Below, one piece after another: positions 40,700-54,163 of a stretch of 64,000 nt of DNA. The DNA is from Guillardia theta CCMP2712 (Eukaryota; Protista; Cryptophyta). Location: the NCBI RefSeq assembly GCF_000315625.1, contig NW_005434567.1, positions 35,505 through 99,504 on the forward strand. Reading direction: 5' to 3'. The position numbers and the translations under genes were made by a program. The notes below the pieces were generated by a model, which was not told the origin of the DNA, did no database searches, and saw only the letters and a program-made list of their open reading frames with translations. Each line of letters opens with the position of its first letter. Position 1 is the stretch's first letter.

Positions 40700-43600
40700 A
40701 TGGAGAAGGTTCGCGAATTGATAGTCTCTCGTCCGATCCTCATGCTGGTGAGCCTATCCTTGCTGCTGTGTCGCTGCCATGGTTACAGTCTACTGCTCTT
40801 GCTCTCCCTTCTGACCCACCTCCGCCTCCCTCCTATTCTCTACACTTGCACGCAGCAGCTGATGTCGGATTCTTGCATTTTCATAACGTTACATTCTGGC
40901 AGGGGTTGACGAACGCTACAACGGCGTTTGTTGGAATCTATCTGCATGCGAGGAAGGAAGGAGGAATCAAGAAGGTTTCTCGGCAGAGAAAGTTAGAGCA
41001 CTTGTTTGTAATTTTGTCCACAGCTGCTGTACCGATGGATCTTCTCAATTTCTTTCGCTGCTCTCAAGGTTGTAGCCAAGGATACTGTAGATGCGGAGAG
41101 GAACAAGATGAAGGCGAAGACAAGGTGCGGGCAGTGTGTTGTTTGGTCGTGAAGCCTTGCTGATGTTTGCCACGGCGAAAACCAGGGAGATGGTTTTGAA
41201 GCACGTGGAAGGAGAAAGATATCAGGTGCTTCCTGCTAAGGGCATGCCAAAGGTGATAAAATCCCCTCCTTGTGTTCATCTCTCGCCATGCAAGCTTGAA
41301 TGCTGGCTGATTGATATTGGCAGGATAAGGTCATAAAGCTTCTGAAGGTGATTCTGACAAAGCAGAAGAAGTCGAGGAAAGGAGGAGGAGGAGGAGGAGG
41401 AGGAGGAGGAGGAGGAGGAGGAGGAGGAGGAGGAGGAGGGGGGATCCGAAAGGGAGAGGTGCACTTTGAAAGAGGCCTGGGAGGGACTGTGGTGGCTCAG
41501 CAGAACTATGAAAGTGTTTGCAGCAGATTATGATGAAGGGATTGAGATTGACATGGTGGTCTGAACTTGCACGCAGGACATCTCAGGGAAGGAGACGAAG
41601 TGGAGGGATGGGATGATTTCAGGCACAGTGTATGATTCTGACCTTGTTTGCTGCCTGTTTCCTTTCTTACTGTTGTGAAGTTATCACGGAGGCGACGATA
41701 CAACCCAAGTGATCTCGGCAGCTTTCTCTGAATTTGCCGTCTCGAATGTGAGGAGGAGGGGAAAGGGGTTGGCCTGTTCTGCTCTCACCCTACATTCAGC
41801 CGCTGCATCCCGACGTGTTTCCGAGCATTCGCAAGATGGAGGCGGAGGTGGGGCGGATGGAGGCGAGGCCTTGTTCGTCTGCTGCCTCTGACGTCTAGCG
41901 CACGAGAAGATTGTGCAGATGTGCTGTGAAATTTTCCGAGGAGACGAGAACTGCTGCGGGACGATGACGAGTGGAGGAACGGAGAGCATTGTCATGGCAG
42001 TCAAGACGTACCGCGACTGGTGAGGAGGGGTGTGGAGAGGGTAGAGGGCGGGGGGGCATGCCGACTCCTCGTAGTGTTTAGACCTGCTGAAAACTTCCTT
42101 CCCTGTTGAAAATCTTGGTCTTCCTTGCTTGTTTGTTCGTCTTGCACTCTCATGTGTCCTTCACTGATTCGTTGGAATGATCAGGGCCAAGGACACGAAA
42201 GGGATCGAATACCCAGAGCTCATCAAGCCCGTCAGTGCGCACGCCGGTATGCCATGACACCAGCGTTGCAAAGTTTGTCTTGTTCTCATGGCAAGGTTTG
42301 CAGCTTTCGACAAAGCATGTCACTATCTTGGAGTCAAGATGATTGAGGTCGTGAATGTACTACATTTTCTGGCCTCCTACTAGGATCAAGTGCTATTGTT
42401 TCAGTTGTTGTTGTAATTCCATTCCCATTTTCCGAATGGACTCTCTTGTCTTGTTTTGTGCTGTTCAAACCCTTGGAGTCTCAGCTCAGAAGCTGCAATC
42501 TCTCACACAAACTTGGATGGTGTCCCAACAGGTCCCTGTGGATCCAGTTACCTTCAAGGTGGAAATCTCGGCTGTGAGTGGCTCGATTCCTCTTGTCTGC
42601 AAGACGAAGTTACCGTTGAGACGTCACCAGATCTCCAAGGCTGTCAACCGCAACACGATCGTCATCGTCGCATCGGGTGAAGGCTCCTTCCCGTCCATGC
42701 CCTTCTGACGTGTCATCCATCGTCCAACAGCCATCACCTACCCGCAAGGTGTCATGGACGACATTCCTGCTATTGCCAAGATAGCCTTGTCCGCTAGGTG
42801 AATCTGTCTTGTCTTGTATTGGTTGTCCTGTCCTGTCCTGTCCTGTCCTGTCCTGTCTTGTTGTACCAACTCAACTTCGATGTCAGATGCGGTTTGCACG
42901 TTGACAACTGTCTCGGAAGTCTCTTGCTTCCCTTCCTTCCTGCCGCCGGCTACTCCAGGCCTCCGTTTGACTTCTCCGTAGAGGGAGTGACAAGGTTGTA
43001 GCACTTGAGGAGGAGGAGGAGGGGGGGGGGGGGGGGGAGGGCGAGCAGGAGGACCAGCAGGAGACCGAGAAGGCGGAGAAGGGAAAGAAGAAGGAAGAGA
43101 AGGAGTAGGAGGGTGGGACAGGAGGAGGGGGGAGAGGAGGGGGGAGGAGAGGAGGAGAGATGTGGAGGAAGGACTGACATGCGACCAAGTCTTTCAGCAG
43201 ACACTCACAAGTACGGGTTTGCTCCGAAAGGGAGCTCGGTCATCCTGTACCGCACACACGAGTTGAGGCACTTCCAGGTTAGGGGGGAAAGTCGATGACG
43301 AGGGCCGACGAGAACGATGAGATGGTAGATGAGATGGTAGAGGGGAAGAGAGGAGTGCGAGGAGGACGAGGAGGAAGAGGAGGAGGAGGAAGGAAGGAGG
43401 ATGGGGAGTCAGTGGTGAAGCAGGAACAATGGAAGCGTGAGCAAGAAAGGCATGACAAGCAGGGGCAGGGGCAGGGGCAGGAGCAGGAGCAGGACGAGCA
43501 GGAGCAGGAGCAGGATGAATCAAAGGAGCTTACCTGTGGATTGTTGCAGTACTTCGTTGCTGCTGATTGGACCGGGGGAATTTATGCAACTCCTTCCTTG

Positions 43601-45195
43601 GCTGGTTCGAGATCAGGAGCAATCATAGCAGGTGAGCAATACAAAGCATGATGGAGATGGGTATGATGATGGAAACGATAATGATGGATGATGACGACGA
43701 CAACGATGATGGATAGCTGTTTGATCTTTCTGCAAGGGACCTGGGCTGCGATGATGTACATGGGAAAAGAAGGGTGAGCTAAACCTACATGTCTTTGCAT
43801 ATCTCATTCACCTCGCAGGTACATCTCAGCAGCTCAGAGCATCATGCAAGTCACCCACAAGATCGCTCATGGCATCATGCAGATAGCGCAATTGAAGCTT
43901 CTAGGTTCCTGCCGCCTGCCTCCTGCCGCCTGCCTCCTGCTTCTGCGTCCTACCTTCTTGACCTGGCCTGCTTCTATTTCCTGATCCAAATGTTCCCCTC
44001 CCCTTTGTCCTCATCCCCCCCCCCCCTTCCCCCCCCTCCCTTTCCCCTCCTTTCTTAATCCTCCATCGACAGGCTCGCCGGATATGAGCGTTGTGTGTTT
44101 CACTTCCAACAAGAGCTCCTTGAACATCTTCAATGTTGGCGACGCCATGTCCTCTAGGTATATCGCAGCTCCTCCTCCTCCTTCCTATCTTCTCCTTACT
44201 CCTCTCTCCTCCTCTCTCCTCCTCCTCCTCCTCCTCCTCCTCCTCCTCCTCCTCCTCCTCCTCATGCTCTCCTTCCGCTTCCAAAGGCTTCACTTCTGTC
44301 GTCTGCGTGTTCTCCCGGCTTTTTTCTCAGCTCTTCTTCAGTTCCTTCTCTCCTCCTCTCTGAGGTCCATCCTGCTAGTCGTCCATTCCCTTCCTTTCCA
44401 ATCCCATCCGCAAGCTCGTCGCTTCCATCATCCATCCTTCACCTTATCCTTGTTCTCGTTTTCCTCTTCATCTTCATCGTGTACATACTCGTGCCGGCAG
44501 CTTGCTGACCTTGACGCCATCTTCTTGTCCTGACAGGGGCTGGTCGCTCTCTATCCTCCAGTTCCCTGCCTCTATCCACCTCTGCGTGACCAACGTGCAC
44601 ACTAAGGGAAAGGTAATCGTCGTCGTCGTCCTCCTCCTCCTCCTCCTCCTCCTCCTCCTCCTCCTCCTCCTGCTCTTGCTGCTCCTGCTCCTTTCATCCT
44701 ACTCCGCCTCCTCCTCCTGTTGTCATCCACCTCTACCGCATGTACTTCTTTCTCCTTCCTCTTTGCATTTCCCTCTCCGCTTGTCTCGCTCTCTTGCCTG
44801 CTCCGCCATGCCATCTTCTTGCATACTTCACCAATCGTTCCTCTTCCTCTTCCCCCGATCTTCCATGCGCTGCAATGCTCCTGCTCAACCCTCTTGCCTA
44901 GGTGGCTGAAAAATTCCTCGAGGACCTCCAGGCATCTATCGTAGAAGTAGAGACTGTAATGCTCTCTGATCCTCGTCCTCGTCCTCCTCCTCCTCGTCCT
45001 CGTTTTCCACCTCCTCCACCTCCTCGTCCTCGTCCCCTTCTCCCCTTGTCTCTCTCCCTCTTTTGCCTTCTTGCTCTTTCAAATCGTCTTTCCTTGCGAC
45101 TGACTGAGAGCATTTCTCCTCAAGGCGGAACCTGGAAAGTTCAAGGATGGGATGGGAGCGATATACGGCATGGCAGGTCAGGAGGAGGAGGTGGT

Positions 45196-45230
<35 letters not shown>

Positions 45231-45333
45231 AAGGATGTTCGAGCTGTCTCATGTTTACACAGAGAGCATTCCGGACCGGAGTTTGGTGGATTCCATCGCC
45301 AAGGACTACATCGATGCGCTCTATGCTGCATGA
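40700..45333 (+). CDS. SGPL1: Sphingosine-1-phosphate lyase (PLP-dependent), multi-exon
   Basis: [20 protein letters not shown]; HVDNCLG; [18 protein letters not shown]; [22 protein letters not shown]; MGAIYGMA...[19 protein letters not shown]. Confidence 0.95.
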
Positions 45334-45879
45334 CAGAGAGCGCAGCTGGACCAAAACGACACAGGCACAGGAAGTAGAAGAATCTCAAACCTAATGACTT
45401 GACTGTACCTGAGCATGTTGTTTGACGATGAAGGAGCAATCAAGGGGAGTAGGGGCCCCACTAGAGTTCTAAAGTTAAACGAGTGTGAAGACTATAAGAC
45501 ACGGGCAGTCGTTCTTGCATGTTCCACATGAATGAGTAGAGCCGTCATGATTCTCTCCGCAGGCATCAACGGAGTATAGAAAGACTAAGGCAGACGGCAC
45601 AAATGCACTGACTGAGTACAGGAAGGTAGAAACAGACGATACTGATGCAGCATCAGCATCAGCATCAGCCTCGTCCTCCGTGCGTTGCAGTTCACACGGT
45701 TTACTATAGAAACAGGGGGTTTCATATCACACTATGATTTACAGGCAGGCGGGTTGAGAGCTTCTCAACAAACTCGTACAGCAGATCCGGGATGACGGCA
45801 TGACGTGACGGCCAAGAAAAAATATCCAAACTCTGCGATGCAGCGCGTGAATACGAGCAAGCATCGCTATGACAACTTC

Positions 45880-46767
45880 CTACCAGATCGGCAACGGGAA
45901 CTCGAAGTCCACCTGGTCCAGCGACCACGACGACCCTCCGTCGGGGAGGATCTCGTAGATCTCGAGCCCAGGGGCTTCGGAGGAGTAGCAGTCCGAGCTG
46001 GAGGAAGTCAGCGGGCTGCTCTCGTCCTTGGTGTCGACCCACTCATCCGGCTTGATGTCCGTCCATGCCTGAAGGAACGCCCCCAGCTTCTGGTGGGCCA
46101 GATTCTCCTCCTTCACACAGGACACCTCTGCCTCCTTGGGCTGCTCGATCAGTTCCTTGCCCTGCTCTGTCGACTCGTCGTTGATGATGAAGCTCTGCAC
46201 TGCTTGCTCCTCCTCATCATGGCTCTCTTCGGTGGGATGCACGTCGGCGCTGGGGGACTCGATAGGGGAGTCCTTGCACGCCTTGTTGCAGCACCGGCTC
46301 TCACGGAAGGGCCAGCGCATGATCCCAAGTTTTCTACACGCCTTTTTTATCGCAGTTGCACACACGCCAAGATGCTTGGCGGCCTTGTGCAGAGGAAGGT
46401 CGAAGTAATGCTCCAAGAGCTCGGGCTGAAGAAGGGGAATCAGCAACATGGTCTAAACAAGGTTGTGTAATCTCACCGTGATCAGCACAGGGTTCGCTCC
46501 TCGTTGGAGCTCTCCTGCCTTTCTCCTCGGAAAGATGATGGGACCAGCTTTGTTCCTCCTCGACTTGAGCGACGGCTGCCCAAAGACGGGCACCGGGTTT
46601 GTTGCGCAACTGCTCATGTAATCCTGCACGCCACTGCCGTACATGCTCCGCGTCTTGTCTGACGGCATCATGAACCCATCGTACCCCATGCACATGTAGG
46701 AGTGTCTCGCGTCCAGAGGCAACCCAGCGTTGACCCAGTCGTTCCACCTTTGATTACAGGACTGCAT
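45880..46767 (-). CDS. RWP-RK transcription factor (2 exons, intron ~46431-46477)
   Basis: ...IFPRRKAG...PVLIT/PELLEHYFDLPLHKAAKHLGVCATAIKKACRKLGIMRWPFR, followed by an acidic C-terminus. Confidence 0.92.
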
Positions 46768-47164
46768 TTTACACGCTTCGGAAGGGGGGTGGGGCAATTT
46801 TTGTAGTTTTGCTTCAAGGAAGTGTTCTTATTGACTGGAGGAGAGCGGGAGAGAGAGTTTGTCTTGAGAGATGAAGGATTGATGCAGATTAGCAGCAAGA
46901 GAGAGGGAGTATGCGCTCGATCTGAAAACGCGGAGTGCGCGTAGCAGATGAGGTGTATCCTATCGACTTAGCAAGTCTGAGAGCGAGCAGTGAGCAGCAG
47001 GGGATCAGGGAGGGAGGAAGTGAGGGGAAGAGAGGGACAGGAAGGATAGGCAGAAGAAGGAAAGCTCGGGTAGTTGTATCAGCAAGTTCTCTTGCTCAGC
47101 TTGCCTTGCGTGGATGCTGCGATTTCTGAATCTCCCCTTTCCTTGCTCCAGACAAAAGAAAGCC

Positions 47165-48850
47165 TGGTCCCCTCCCACCCCCTACCCCCCATGGAAATTC
47201 ACCCCCGCGGATGTCCATGGTACCCCGTATCTTGCGAATCTAGGAAAGATGCCGCTGTCATCACCCCACCCCCCTTGAAATTCATAATTCAAAAATGTGG
47301 GGAGTAGCTGATTTTTAACATCTAAATTTGAACATTTGATTGCCTTCAAGTTTCAGCATTCCCAAACTGTTTCTGTATTTTTGGTCCCCGACTGTGCGCC
47401 AATCGTGCTGCAGTCGGATCTGTACGACCCCCACCCACCTTGCTCATCGAGACTGGGTACCCCAACCCTACCAGGTTTCGTGCCATCTATTTTATAGTAC
47501 ACCCACCCTCTTGGAACTTGCCGTGACGAGACCACCCGGACCCTTGCAGAGACTGCACAGGGACACACCGTTGTATCCTACTTATGGTATCTATACTATT
47601 GTAACACTTAGTAAATCGAGCACCTTTGCGTGTATAGATTGAGATCTGATCATGGTGTGTTGCCCTCGGATAACAGGGTGGGGGTGGCTGGGTGTTTGGA
47701 GGGAGTCGGAGGTTTCAGTGGTGGGTCTGGGGGGTGATCCGGCTGTCACGATACCCCGGATAGGAGGGGGTAGGGATAATTGACTATACCCACGAAAGGG
47801 TGGTTGTCTTGTGTAAATTAAGGGTGTCTGAGTGATTGGGGGTAGTTCGACTTCGTTGAATCCCCAGGGGGGTGGGGTGCTGTATTGGGGCACTCTGTCA
47901 GATATGGAAAAGAGTACTTTTGATATCAGGATGGCATAGATCAACCGTCTCATCAACCTACCCCTACCCCTCCATGCATCAATAGAATACCCCACCCTAC
48001 CCCCTAGGTTCATATCCTGCCCAATACAAAAATCACCCCTCTTTTCGAGAACGCACCCCCTGAACACTTTTGTTACCCTTGGAATTTGGAGGGGGTGGAT
48101 AGAGTCAGGGGGTGCGGAGGTTATCCTCTAACCACCCCGGGGCCCGTTGGAGCAAAGCAGTAGGCGAGCCGAGGAAGTCGGGGGGACTATAAGTGTAGGG
48201 GTAGGGGAGCGAAAAGCGGGAAGAGCGAGGGAGAAGGGACATACCCCCTAGCACACATGGGATCCTCTGTTGGCAGATAAGAGTACATATGAAATCAGAG
48301 ACCATGAAGTACCTAGCTGTACGACTGAGTGAGAAATGGGGGCAGGGGATTGCGGGGCAAGGCTCCGCCCCCCTCCCCTTATCCTCTGTGGGCCTCTAGC
48401 AGGGTCAAAGAATCTGTCAGAAAAGTGCAGGTGGAAACCGATGGGGGTGGCCCTCCCCAGGGGTGGGGCTGCGACGAATTAAACAGGGGTAGTACCTTGA
48501 TGACATTCCGAGGGGGTGGGGTGAACGCAGCAGACATACCTGATGCGAAATGTCACCTTTCTATCAGATACAAGTCACAGGGACTGTCTTTGCTGTGTTC
48601 GATACCAGGTCTTTTCGTTTACTGGGCGGTGTTAGATACATCTTTACTTCAGGATGACACTGTGTGGGGTCGGATCGGGTGCAAGTGCGTGACTAGTGCC
48701 AGGGTCTTGCGATCAGAGGGTAGGGTGATTTTACCATCATAAGGGAGGTGGGGGGTAATTCCTCATGTGACTGCGAGGCCGGTTATAATACATTTAATTT
48801 GTACCGGGGGACGGGAGATAGAGGGGGAGATTGTAGAGGGCAGCCCCTTT
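47165..48850. other. Long GGGGTGGG/CCCACCCC-rich intergenic tract with switching strand skew
   Basis: C-rich ~47165-47520, G-rich ~47660-47900, short C-rich ~47955-48060, then G-rich to ~48850. Confidence 0.55.
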
Positions 48851-49079
48851 GATCACGGTCCTCCTTGAACGTACAGCCGTAGTCGTAACTTAGGTCTAAA
48901 GTGATTCCAAGAGGTTGTGTAGCAGCATGAAACAACTCATTTTCATGTCATCCCACAAAGTCTCTCGATGAACAGAAACTATTTCGTATCTCTGTTTAAG
49001 TCCACACCGTGAAATTCTCTTTTGTGGCCGGTACTGAACTAAAAACTTGCGACTGCACTAGGTTCCATGCAAGTTGAGA

Positions 49080-50330
49080 GTCACGAGGCCCCGGGCCAGG
49101 GCACCGTGACACCGGGACAGGCACGCCCGGCCGTCGGATCGGATCGGACCGTGATCGGACCTATAGCCTCGGACTCAGATTCGGAGTGCCGCCGCGGCCG
49201 GCGGCGGGCGGGGGCCCCGGCGGCGTTCTAACTCATACTAATTGTCCTCGTTCTGATTCTTAACTTGGAGGCTAGTAATCCGATGATCATGGGGTTAAGG
49301 CTCAGCACTGAGTACCGTAGTACGATCCGATGATCATTAGTACGGTGTCGGACCGTCCCAAGTCATCAAGTTTCGGGTCATCAAGTCCGTCTCCCGGCTC
49401 ACTGAGAGGCGGGACCGAGCACAGAGTCACGCCGCCGGGGTCGGGACTCCGGGCCCGGGGACGGGCCCCGGTACTCCCGACGGTCTGGCCGGGCACCGGG
49501 TACGTCCGATCATGGCACTGCGGCACCGTGCCGCTGAGTCACGGTGCCGCGGACTCGGGCCGGAGGCTCCGACTCAGAGTCGGAACTGACTTCGTGAGTA
49601 CTTCAAGACTCCGTGACCGCCGACGGTTTCCGAAGACGCCGTCCGATCGGACTCGGCCCGGCCCGTGCGGCGGTCGCCGGCCCAGGCCCCGGCCGACTCC
49701 GAGCCGGCCGCCCGGCGGCCCCCGCCGCCCGCAACCGTTCGGAACGCGGCGTCCGAGGTGACAGTGGCCCGCCGGTTTGCCTTGAAGCGCGGCGCGGCAG
49801 CCGCCGCTGGGGAGGGCCGGCCGCCGCGGGCCGAGCCGCCGGACCGCGGCAGCCGCCGGGCGGCGGGCCGGGCCCGGCCGCCGGCGGGGGGCCTGCCAGC
49901 CGGGACCGTGACTGGCACGGCCCTGAGTGCGGCCTGCCAGCCTCTGGCCGCGCCGCGGCGGCCGCGCCGGGACGGAGTACGGTCAGCCTGGCAGATCGGA
50001 CCGGGTCGGCTCACTGGGCCGCGGCGGCGGCGGGCCGCGCCGCAGCGATCGGACCGCCCGGGTACGGGTCACCCGGCCCGGGTCCCGGCGGGCCCGGCCG
50101 GCTGAGCGGCGGCGCCGAACTTCGGAATCCGACGGTCCGTCAGTTAGCCCGGCGCCCGGCCCGGCCGCGGACTTCGGACTCCACGGACCGTCTGCCCGGC
50201 CCGGCCGCTGCCGGCGCGGAGCGGCCTGGTCCCCGGTGAAGTTCAGTCAGTGCCGGGCCGGCGGCCAGAGTCCGGGCCGGCGGCCCCGGACGGCGGCGTC
50301 CGGGCAGTGCCATACACTGAGAGTCGGACG
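49080..50330. repeat. GC-rich palindrome-dense intergenic block with a partial dispersed motif (~49238-49266)
   Basis: attgtcctcgttctgattcttaactt resembles the 52-bp motif; very GC-rich flanks. Confidence 0.65.
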
Positions 50331-50859
50331 GCTAATGGACAGGAAGGTTTTGGCGGGAAAGGAATCAGGCCTGAAGAGAGGCAGCTAGGGAGAGGGAGAC
50401 TAGGAGACTAGGAGGAGAGCAGGGGAGGAAGAGAGGGAGAGAGGAGGAGAGGAGGAGAAGAGAGGAGAAGGAGAGACAAAGGTCTGCTTCTCCAGAAGGG
50501 AGGAAAGAGAGAGAGAGAGAGCAGGGCAGGAGAAATTGAAGCATGCCAATTAGCAGAAGGAGCGGGAGGAGTGGACATCGGCGCAGAAGAAGAGGTAAGG
50601 GCTGGAGCCGATAGCTGACAGGTGATGCCAAAGACATGATGCAAGTTTCTTCCGCTGGGGCCCATAGTGCTAATAAGAACCGGGGAGAGGATCGAAAGAT
50701 TTGTTAAGGCAGCAGACGCCTGTAGTGAAGAAATGGTTGATGAGAGTCACTTTCATCAGAGCACTCTACTCCATCCTTACCTTGGTTGAACATTCCTTGT
50801 GTGTTGTGCATTGGAGCCTTGTTCTTGACTTTCTCTCTCTTTCAAGACGACACCTCGCC

Positions 50860-52510
50860 ATGTCCGACGTGGAAGTCATGGAAGAAGAAGTTCCGTCGAT
50901 TCCAGGAAATGCGGGAATAGATCCAGTGGTTGCCTTGGAGTGTCCTTGGATTGAGAAGTATCGACCGGAGACGCTGAACGATGTCGTAGCACACAAGGAC
51001 ATTTTGACAACATGTGATCACTCAGTCTTCTTGTCTTGTTCCCGTCTGATCCTGTCGACAGTGGATCGCTTCCTTGAGCAGGACCGCCTCCCTCATCTCC
51101 TGCTGTATGGCCCCCCTGGTACAGGAAAGACGTCAACGGTTCTTGCATTGGCCAAAAAGGTGTTTGGTCCCAAGTATAAGGTATGCAAGGATTGTTGTTC
51201 CGTCTGAGCCCCACGGGTTCTATCCTTGTGCTATTTTCTTAACCTCGTTGTCGTTGTAGAGTATGACCCTGGAGTTGAACGCGTCGGACGATCGCGGCAT
51301 CGATGTTGTCAAGAAGGAGATCAAGGATTTTGCTGGAACTAGGACGATCTTTGGGTGATTGCTTGATCTCCTTCTTGACAACACTATTCGCTCGCCCAGC
51401 TTAATCGTTCTGTTGTGTAGAACCGGCTTCAAGATGATCATTTTGGACGAGGCCGACAACATGACACAGACTGCTCAGTTTGCGCTTCGAAGAAGTAAGC
51501 GTGTTCTGCTATCTCCTCTTGGCTTCTCACACCATCGAAGTTATCGAGAACTACACTGCAAACGCCAGATTCTGCTTAATATGCAACTATGTCAACAAGA
51601 TCATTCCTGCACTTCAGGTCTGTGATTGCGTTCCCTGCTCTCGACAGTTTGGATCATTCACTAAGAATCGCCTGCAGTCGCGTTGCACTAGATTTCGCTT
51701 TTCACCGTTGACATCCGCGGACATTCAGGGCAACCTGGAGAGGATTTTGGACAAAGAGAAGTGATGATTAATTCTTGGTTTGCATCATTCACCCTCTCAC
51801 ACTCGTCTTCAGTATCAAAGCAACCCCAGACGCGTTGAAAGCCGTGGAGAAGATTTCAGGAGGAGACATGCGTAAGTGTCTGAACATCTTACAGGTTCGA
51901 GGCTGCTTCATGAAAACATGCGATGTTCATTTTCTACCTGCAGAGCTCGTCAATGGCATCCAAAGAAGTCACTGTCGAGAGTATCTATGAGTGCACCGGA
52001 GATCCAAACCCGTCAGACGTAGATCTTACAGCTGTTGTGACGTCATCTGATGTTTGCTGCAGGTGATGTGGATTACCCACTCACTGTGCAACGATTCTTT
52101 TGAGGACTGCTACCACAGTGAGTGCAGAAACAGCTGCTCTTGGTTGCCGTACATGTTCTCATGTGTCCTCGTTAGAGATCTTTGAGATTCAGAGGGAGAA
52201 GGGTCTCGCCTTGATCGACATCGTGAGAGCCGTACACGAGGTCTGATTTCAATCCCACGGCCGGTGTTTTGCGCTCACTTGTATTCCAGCAAATCATCAA
52301 GCACGATCTCCCTTCCGTGCCTTTCTGCAGGCTCTTGGAATCTTTGTCAGACCTCGAGTAATCCCATGCCGTGCAAAGCTCGGAACGCTTTTGACCACTG
52401 CTGTACTTCAGGTACAGACTGACGGCGGCGACCAATGAAAAGATTCAACTGGGATCCTTCGTCGGGATGTTTGGGCAGCTCAAAGAAGAGCTGGCCTCTC
52501 AACCTTGTAA
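50860..52510 (+). CDS. RFC5: Replication factor C small subunit (human RFC5/yeast Rfc3 type), multi-exon
   Basis: [95 protein letters not shown]. Confidence 0.95.
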
Positions 52511-52554
52511 ATAATTGCTATCACAATTTCCCAGTGACTTGAACCGTGAACCAT

Positions 52555-54120
52555 CTCTCCCCGCGGCGGCCGCATGATCATTCGGGCGGCCATCCAAGTC
52601 AGGGCGGCGCCGATGCAATGATGAATGGCTGACTCTGTGACTCCACACATGGGCAATGCCATGATGGGCCCACTGGCTACTGTGGTCTCAATGTCCGCCG
52701 GGACCGTAAAATTGCGGCCCGCGGCGGCGGGGCCGCCGCCCGGCCACCGGGCCGGGCGGCGACTCGCGGCCCGGAGCGGGCCGGGCGGCCAGTGCCCGGC
52801 GTCACGGGCCGATCGGTCGGCCTGGTCACCCGGTCAGGAGCCTGCCCGGACCGACTCGCCGCGGGGGGGCTCAGGCTCGGACCGTACCGTCGGTACTCCA
52901 ACTTGATGCGGCCGCCACGGTGGTTGCCATGATCCGGGCGACTCGCAGTGACTGATCTCAGTGACGGTACCGTACGGTAGTATCCGATCGGGGCAGGGCC
53001 CTTCAACTAGCCACGGCCCGCCAGCCAGTGGCCCCGGCCCGGGCCCAGGGCCGCCGTCGGCGGATCCTGCCCGGCCAGTGCCTTCACTGACCGTACGTCG
53101 AGTCGGGTCACTCACTGCCCTGGCAGGCTGACAGTGAGAGTCCTTCGCCGGGTGACTGAAGTGACCGTAGGCGCGGCGGATCCGATCCGCGGGCCTGCTG
53201 AGACGGTCCGACGTCACATCTGGGGAACTTGACTCGCTCCTTCAGCCTCCGGGCCGCGGCTCAGGCTGCACTGTGCGCCGGGCGACGGCCCTGGGCGGAG
53301 GCTAACTGTTCCCGGAATCACGGTGGCCGGGGGGGAACCGGCCGGGCGGCGGCGCCCTCCGGTTGAAACTCTGAGTCAATCATTGAATCAGGCTCCGACG
53401 CCAAGTTAGGCTCGTCTGTGCGGCATCATTTTTCACACCGGGCTGAGTCAAGTTTTCGCCGACTCCGGGCGGCCGGACGACGACCGGACTCACGGTCCGG
53501 GACTCTCGATGATCCGGCAGGCCCGGCGGGCCGCCGGCCGCCACCGCCGGCCGCCGTCGGAGTCTATTCAGAGTCTCAGCGAGGCTTTGAAGTTTTGCTG
53601 TGGCAGACGGTATATCCGATCCGGAGTACTATGAAACACGTCCTGCCGGGCCCGGGGGCGGAAGTCCGATGGACGGTACCGGCCAGGGGGTGCCACCGTG
53701 GCCCCGGCTCCGAGGCTCCGCGGATCGGACTCTCAATCGGCCGGAGTCCGATCTCAGAGTCAACGGGGAGCAGAATCGAGTCGACGGGTCCGATCTTCAA
53801 CGGGGAGCAGAATCGAGTCGACGGTAGCACTGCAGCGTCCGAGGCTCCGCGCGGGGGCGCGGCGGCCGACGCGGCCGGCCCGGGGCCCGCGCCGCCCCGT
53901 CGGTGGCACTGTGAGAGCGGTAAACTTCGGGTGGATCCGGTCACTACGGTCCCATGTGAGAGTCAGACGGTGACTGGCCGGGGCGGGTCATGATACTATA
54001 GGCGCCCGCCCCGGCCCACGACCGGGTGCCACTACGGCCCACCCGGTGACCGGGGCGCGGCGGCCGGGCGGCCGGGCGGGCCGCCCGGCAGCGCTGCACT
54101 GCACTGAGGCCAGCTCAGTT
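52555..54120. repeat. GC-rich palindrome-dense intergenic block, including a 28-bp direct duplication (53760-53787 / 53797-53824)
   Basis: Same word usage as the other blocks; TCAACGGGGAGCAGAATCGAGTCGACGG occurs twice. Confidence 0.65.
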
Positions 54121-54163
54121 CGGAACCCTCTGAAAAAGTTTGTGGGAGTTTTCGCGCCCAAAA

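Noticed and set aside
49302-50388. Overlapping Arg/Pro/Gly/Ala-rich ORFs (also 4043-4926, 32222-33217, 52625-53993)
   Set aside because: Stop-poor by-products of very GC-rich non-coding blocks, with no domain signal.
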